Assembly (NCBI GenBank): GCA_963843845.1
Contig: CAWJMB010000002.1
Location: 1,568,001-1,632,000, forward strand
DNA length: 64,000 bases
Direction of reading: 5' to 3'
From: an uncultured Gemmatimonadaceae bacterium
GTDB lineage: Bacteria; Gemmatimonadota; Gemmatimonadetes; Gemmatimonadales; Gemmatimonadaceae
Both the position numbers and the translations under genes were made by a program. Below, one piece after another: positions 61,774 through 64,000 of the stretch (positions within the stretch are counted from its first letter, which is position 1; the number at the start of each line of letters is the position of its first letter). Below the pieces are notes generated by a model. That model saw nothing but the letters and a program-made list of their open reading frames with translations, had not been told where the DNA came from and made no database searches.

Positions 61774-63543
61774 ATGGCTCTCGCCCTCGCGCGCAAGTAC
61801 CGGCCGAAGTCATTCGCCGAGGTCGCCGTGCAGTCGCACGTGTCGAACACGCTGAAAGGGGCGATCGCGCGCGGGCGCGTCGCGCACGGCTACCTGCTGT
61901 GCGGCCCGCGCGGCACCGGCAAGACGACGCTCGCCCGCGTGCTCGCGATGGCGCTCAACTGCGAGGTGCGCGGCGCCAGAGCGGACGGCGAGCCGTGTGG
62001 CGAGTGCGCGAGCTGTCGCCGCATCTGGAGCGGCGCGTCGAGCCTCGACGTCGTCGAGATCGACGCGGCCAGCAACCGCAGCGTCGACGACGCGCGCGAC
62101 CTGCGCGAGCGCGCCATGTACGCGCCGACCGGCGACGACCGCTACAAGGTGTACATCGTCGACGAGGCGCACATGCTCACGCGCGAGGCGTGGAACGCGC
62201 TGCTCAAGGTGCTCGAGGAGCCGCCGCCGCGCGTCGTGTTCGTGTTCGCGACGACCGAGCCGCAGAAGATCGCGCAGACCGCGGCGCCCATCCTCAGTCG
62301 GCTGCAGCGCTTCGACCTCAAGCGCATCGGGCCGGCGGAGATCCGCGAGCGGCTCGCCGCGGTGCTCACGACCGAGAACGTGCCGTTCGAGAGCGAAGCG
62401 TTGGGGATGATCGCCCGCGCGGCGGACGGCGGACTGCGCGACGCGCTCTCCCTCACCGACCAGGTGCTGTCGTTAGGCGCCGACGCCCAGGTCACCGCGG
62501 AGCGCGTCGTCGAGGCGCTGGGGCTCGTGCCGGAAGACGAGTATCTCGCGATCGTCGACCTCATCGCGGAGCGGCGGGCGCGGCGACGTGTTCGGGGCCG
62601 TGGCCCGCCTCGCGGACGAGGGGGTCGACTTCGCCCTGTTCCTCACCGGGCTGGGCGACGTGTTGCGCGCGCATGCTCGCCGTGGCGCTGGGCGGCGCGC
62701 CGCCGGACGCGAGCGAGCGGCTGCGCGCCGGCGCTCGACGCGCGGCGCGATACGATCGCCTCGGCGATCTCCTGCGCATGCTGCAGCTGCTCGTCGAGCT
62801 CGAGCCGCGCTTTCGCAAGAGCGGGCAGCAGCGACTCCTGCTCGAGACGCTGCTCGTTCGCTTCGCGCTCATGGACCGCGCGGTCGACCTCGAGTCCGTG
62901 CTGCGCGAGCTGGGGGGCGAGTCGCGCGGTGCGGCAGTGCGCCGCGGGCGGGGCCGCCGCGTCGCCGGCGAGCGAGCGCACGCCGCGCTCCGTGCCGGTC
63001 GCACGCGACGCCGTGCCGACCCGCGCGGCGCCGACGAGTCCGGCCCCGCGGGCCGTCGCGCCGGCGCGCGACTGGGCGCCCCTGGAGACGCCCGAGCGAC
63101 CTCGCGGCGCCCCGATCGACCGGTCGATCGGGCGCCTCGGCGACCGCCGTGCTCGATCGACCGGTCGTCGACGTGGCCGTGCTCGCCGAGCGCTGGGAGG
63201 AGGTGGTCGACCGCGCGCGCGCGACGCGCCCGCTCGTCGCCTCGGCGCTCGCCGCGTCGATTCCCATGGCGCTCTCGGCGACCGGCGTCGTCACGATCGA
63301 GCTGCAGGACGCCGATCAACTGCTGCCGCTCGAGAACCGGGCGGACGAGGTCCTCGCGGCGGTCCGCGCCGTCGTGCCCTCGGCGTCGCGCGTCGTCGTC
63401 CGTGCGCCGGCGCAGGCCGCGCCGGTCGAGCGGCTGACCACCGAACGGTGCGCGCCGAGCGCCTCGCCTCGCTCACCCGACGCGACCCGACGCTGGGCGC
63501 GGCGATCGAGACGCTCGACCTCGAGATCCTCGACGGCGAGTAG
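61774..63543 (+). CDS. dnaX: DNA polymerase III subunit gamma/tau (3' half frameshifted)
   Basis: LARKYRP, GPRGTGKTT, PCGECASC, EIDAASN, DEAHML, LLKVLEEPP, DGGLRDALS. Confidence 0.96.
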   Translation: MALALARKYRPKSFAEVAVQSHVSNTLKGAIARGRVAHGYLLCGPRGTGKTTLARVLAMALNCEVRGARADGEPCGECASCRRIWSGASSLDVVEIDAASNRSVDDARDLRERAMYAPTGDDRYKVYIVDEAHMLTREAWNALLKVLEEPPPRVVFVFATTEPQKIAQTAAPILSRLQRFDLKRIGPAEIRERLAAVLTTENVPFESEALGMIARAADGGLRDALSLTDQVLSLGADAQVTAERVVEALGLVPEDEYLAIVDLIAERRARRRVRGRGPPRGRGGRLRPVPHRAGRRVARACSPWRWAARRRTRASGCAPALDARRDTIASAISCACCSCSSSSSRAFARAGSSDSCSRRCSFASRSWTARSTSSPCCASWGASRAVRQCAAGGAAASPASERTPRSVPVARDAVPTRAAPTSPAPRAVAPARDWAPLETPERPRGAPIDRSIGRLGDRRARSTGRRRGRARRALGGGGRPRARDAPARRLGARRVDSHGALGDRRRHDRAAGRRSTAAAREPGGRGPRGGPRRRALGVARRRPCAGAGRAGRAADHRTVRAERLASLTRRDPTLGAAIETLDLEILDGE

Positions 63544-63561
63544 CCCGATTAGCTTTCGCGC

Positions 63562-63877
63562 ATGGACATCATGAAGCTGATGCAGCAAGCGCAGGAGATG
63601 CAGGGGCGCTTGCAGCAAATGCAGGACGAGCTCGCGCAGCAGACCGTCACCGGCACGGCGGGGGGCGGCATGGTCACCGTCGAGGCGGACGGGCAGGGAA
63701 CCGTGCGGCGCGTCAAGATCGACCCGAGCGTCGTCGTCCCCGACGACGTCGAGATGCTCGAGGACCTCGTCATCGTGGCCGTGGCCGATGCGCAGCGACG
63801 GGCGGCCGAGCTCCAGCAATCGCAGATGGGCGGAGCTCACCGGCGGGTTGGATCTGCCGTTCAGGCTTCCGTTCTGA
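63562..63877 (+). CDS. ybaB: nucleoid-associated protein YbaB/EbfC (frameshift near 63830)
   Basis: MQQAQEMQ, GTAGGGMVTV, DDVEMLEDLV; ends GGLDLPFRLPF in the shifted frame. Confidence 0.92.
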
Positions 63878-63896
63878 TTTCCCGCGGTCGTAGCTC

Positions 63897-64000
63897 GTGT
63901 CCGCGATCGACGATCTGGCCACCGAGCTGTCGAAGCTCCCGGGCATCGGCCGCAAGACGGCGCTGCGCCTCACGTATTATCTGCTGAAGCAGCGACCCGA
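63897..64000 (+). CDS. recR: recombination mediator RecR, N-terminus (truncated)
   Basis: LSKLPGIGRKTALRLTYYLL; dnaX-ybaB-recR order. Confidence 0.92.
   Translation, partial: MSAIDDLATELSKLPGIGRKTALRLTYYLLKQRP

Noticed and set aside
62570..63543. Programmed -1 frameshift in dnaX producing gamma/tau
   Set aside because: No A-AAA-AAG or poly-A slippery site; the several shifts match the local indel-error pattern.

Overview
Very GC-rich (roughly 70-75% by eye) bacterial chromosomal segment. Gene content and order suggest Gemmatimonadota, but this is inference only. It is mostly core and conserved genes. It opens with a long + strand run (GAF histidine kinase, unknown protein, ubiquitin-like protein, HDAC-family deacetylase, methyltransferase, CorA, orphan GvpL/F, Zn-ribbon Ser/Thr kinase, Ala-Glu epimerase, priA). 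Next come a TonB receptor/lipoprotein pair, ccdA, a two-component pair, an ABC exporter and ggt, then a peptidoglycan-recycling cluster (murQ-anmK-GH3, PP2C, amidase, Omp85-type protein). After that are class II RNR nrdJ, a BTAD-pseudokinase, sahR-ahcY, tal, pyk-MBL-pgi-fba, a sigma54 activator, ytxH-yihY, threonine aldolase, SRP RNA and dnaX-ybaB-recR. I found no mobile element, tRNA, rRNA or CRISPR. Many genes in about 21.8-29.8, 35-37.6, 42.9-44.1, 51.3-58.8 and 62.5-63.9 kb are broken by indels, most likely long-read errors, so their coordinates are approximate. The most striking unexplained signal is a non-palindromic motif, CGTTAGGC(A/G), seen 14 times. It is written into genes through the rare TTA-GGC codon pair or through stop codons, which suggests a selected sequence signal (uptake, Chi or protein-binding type).
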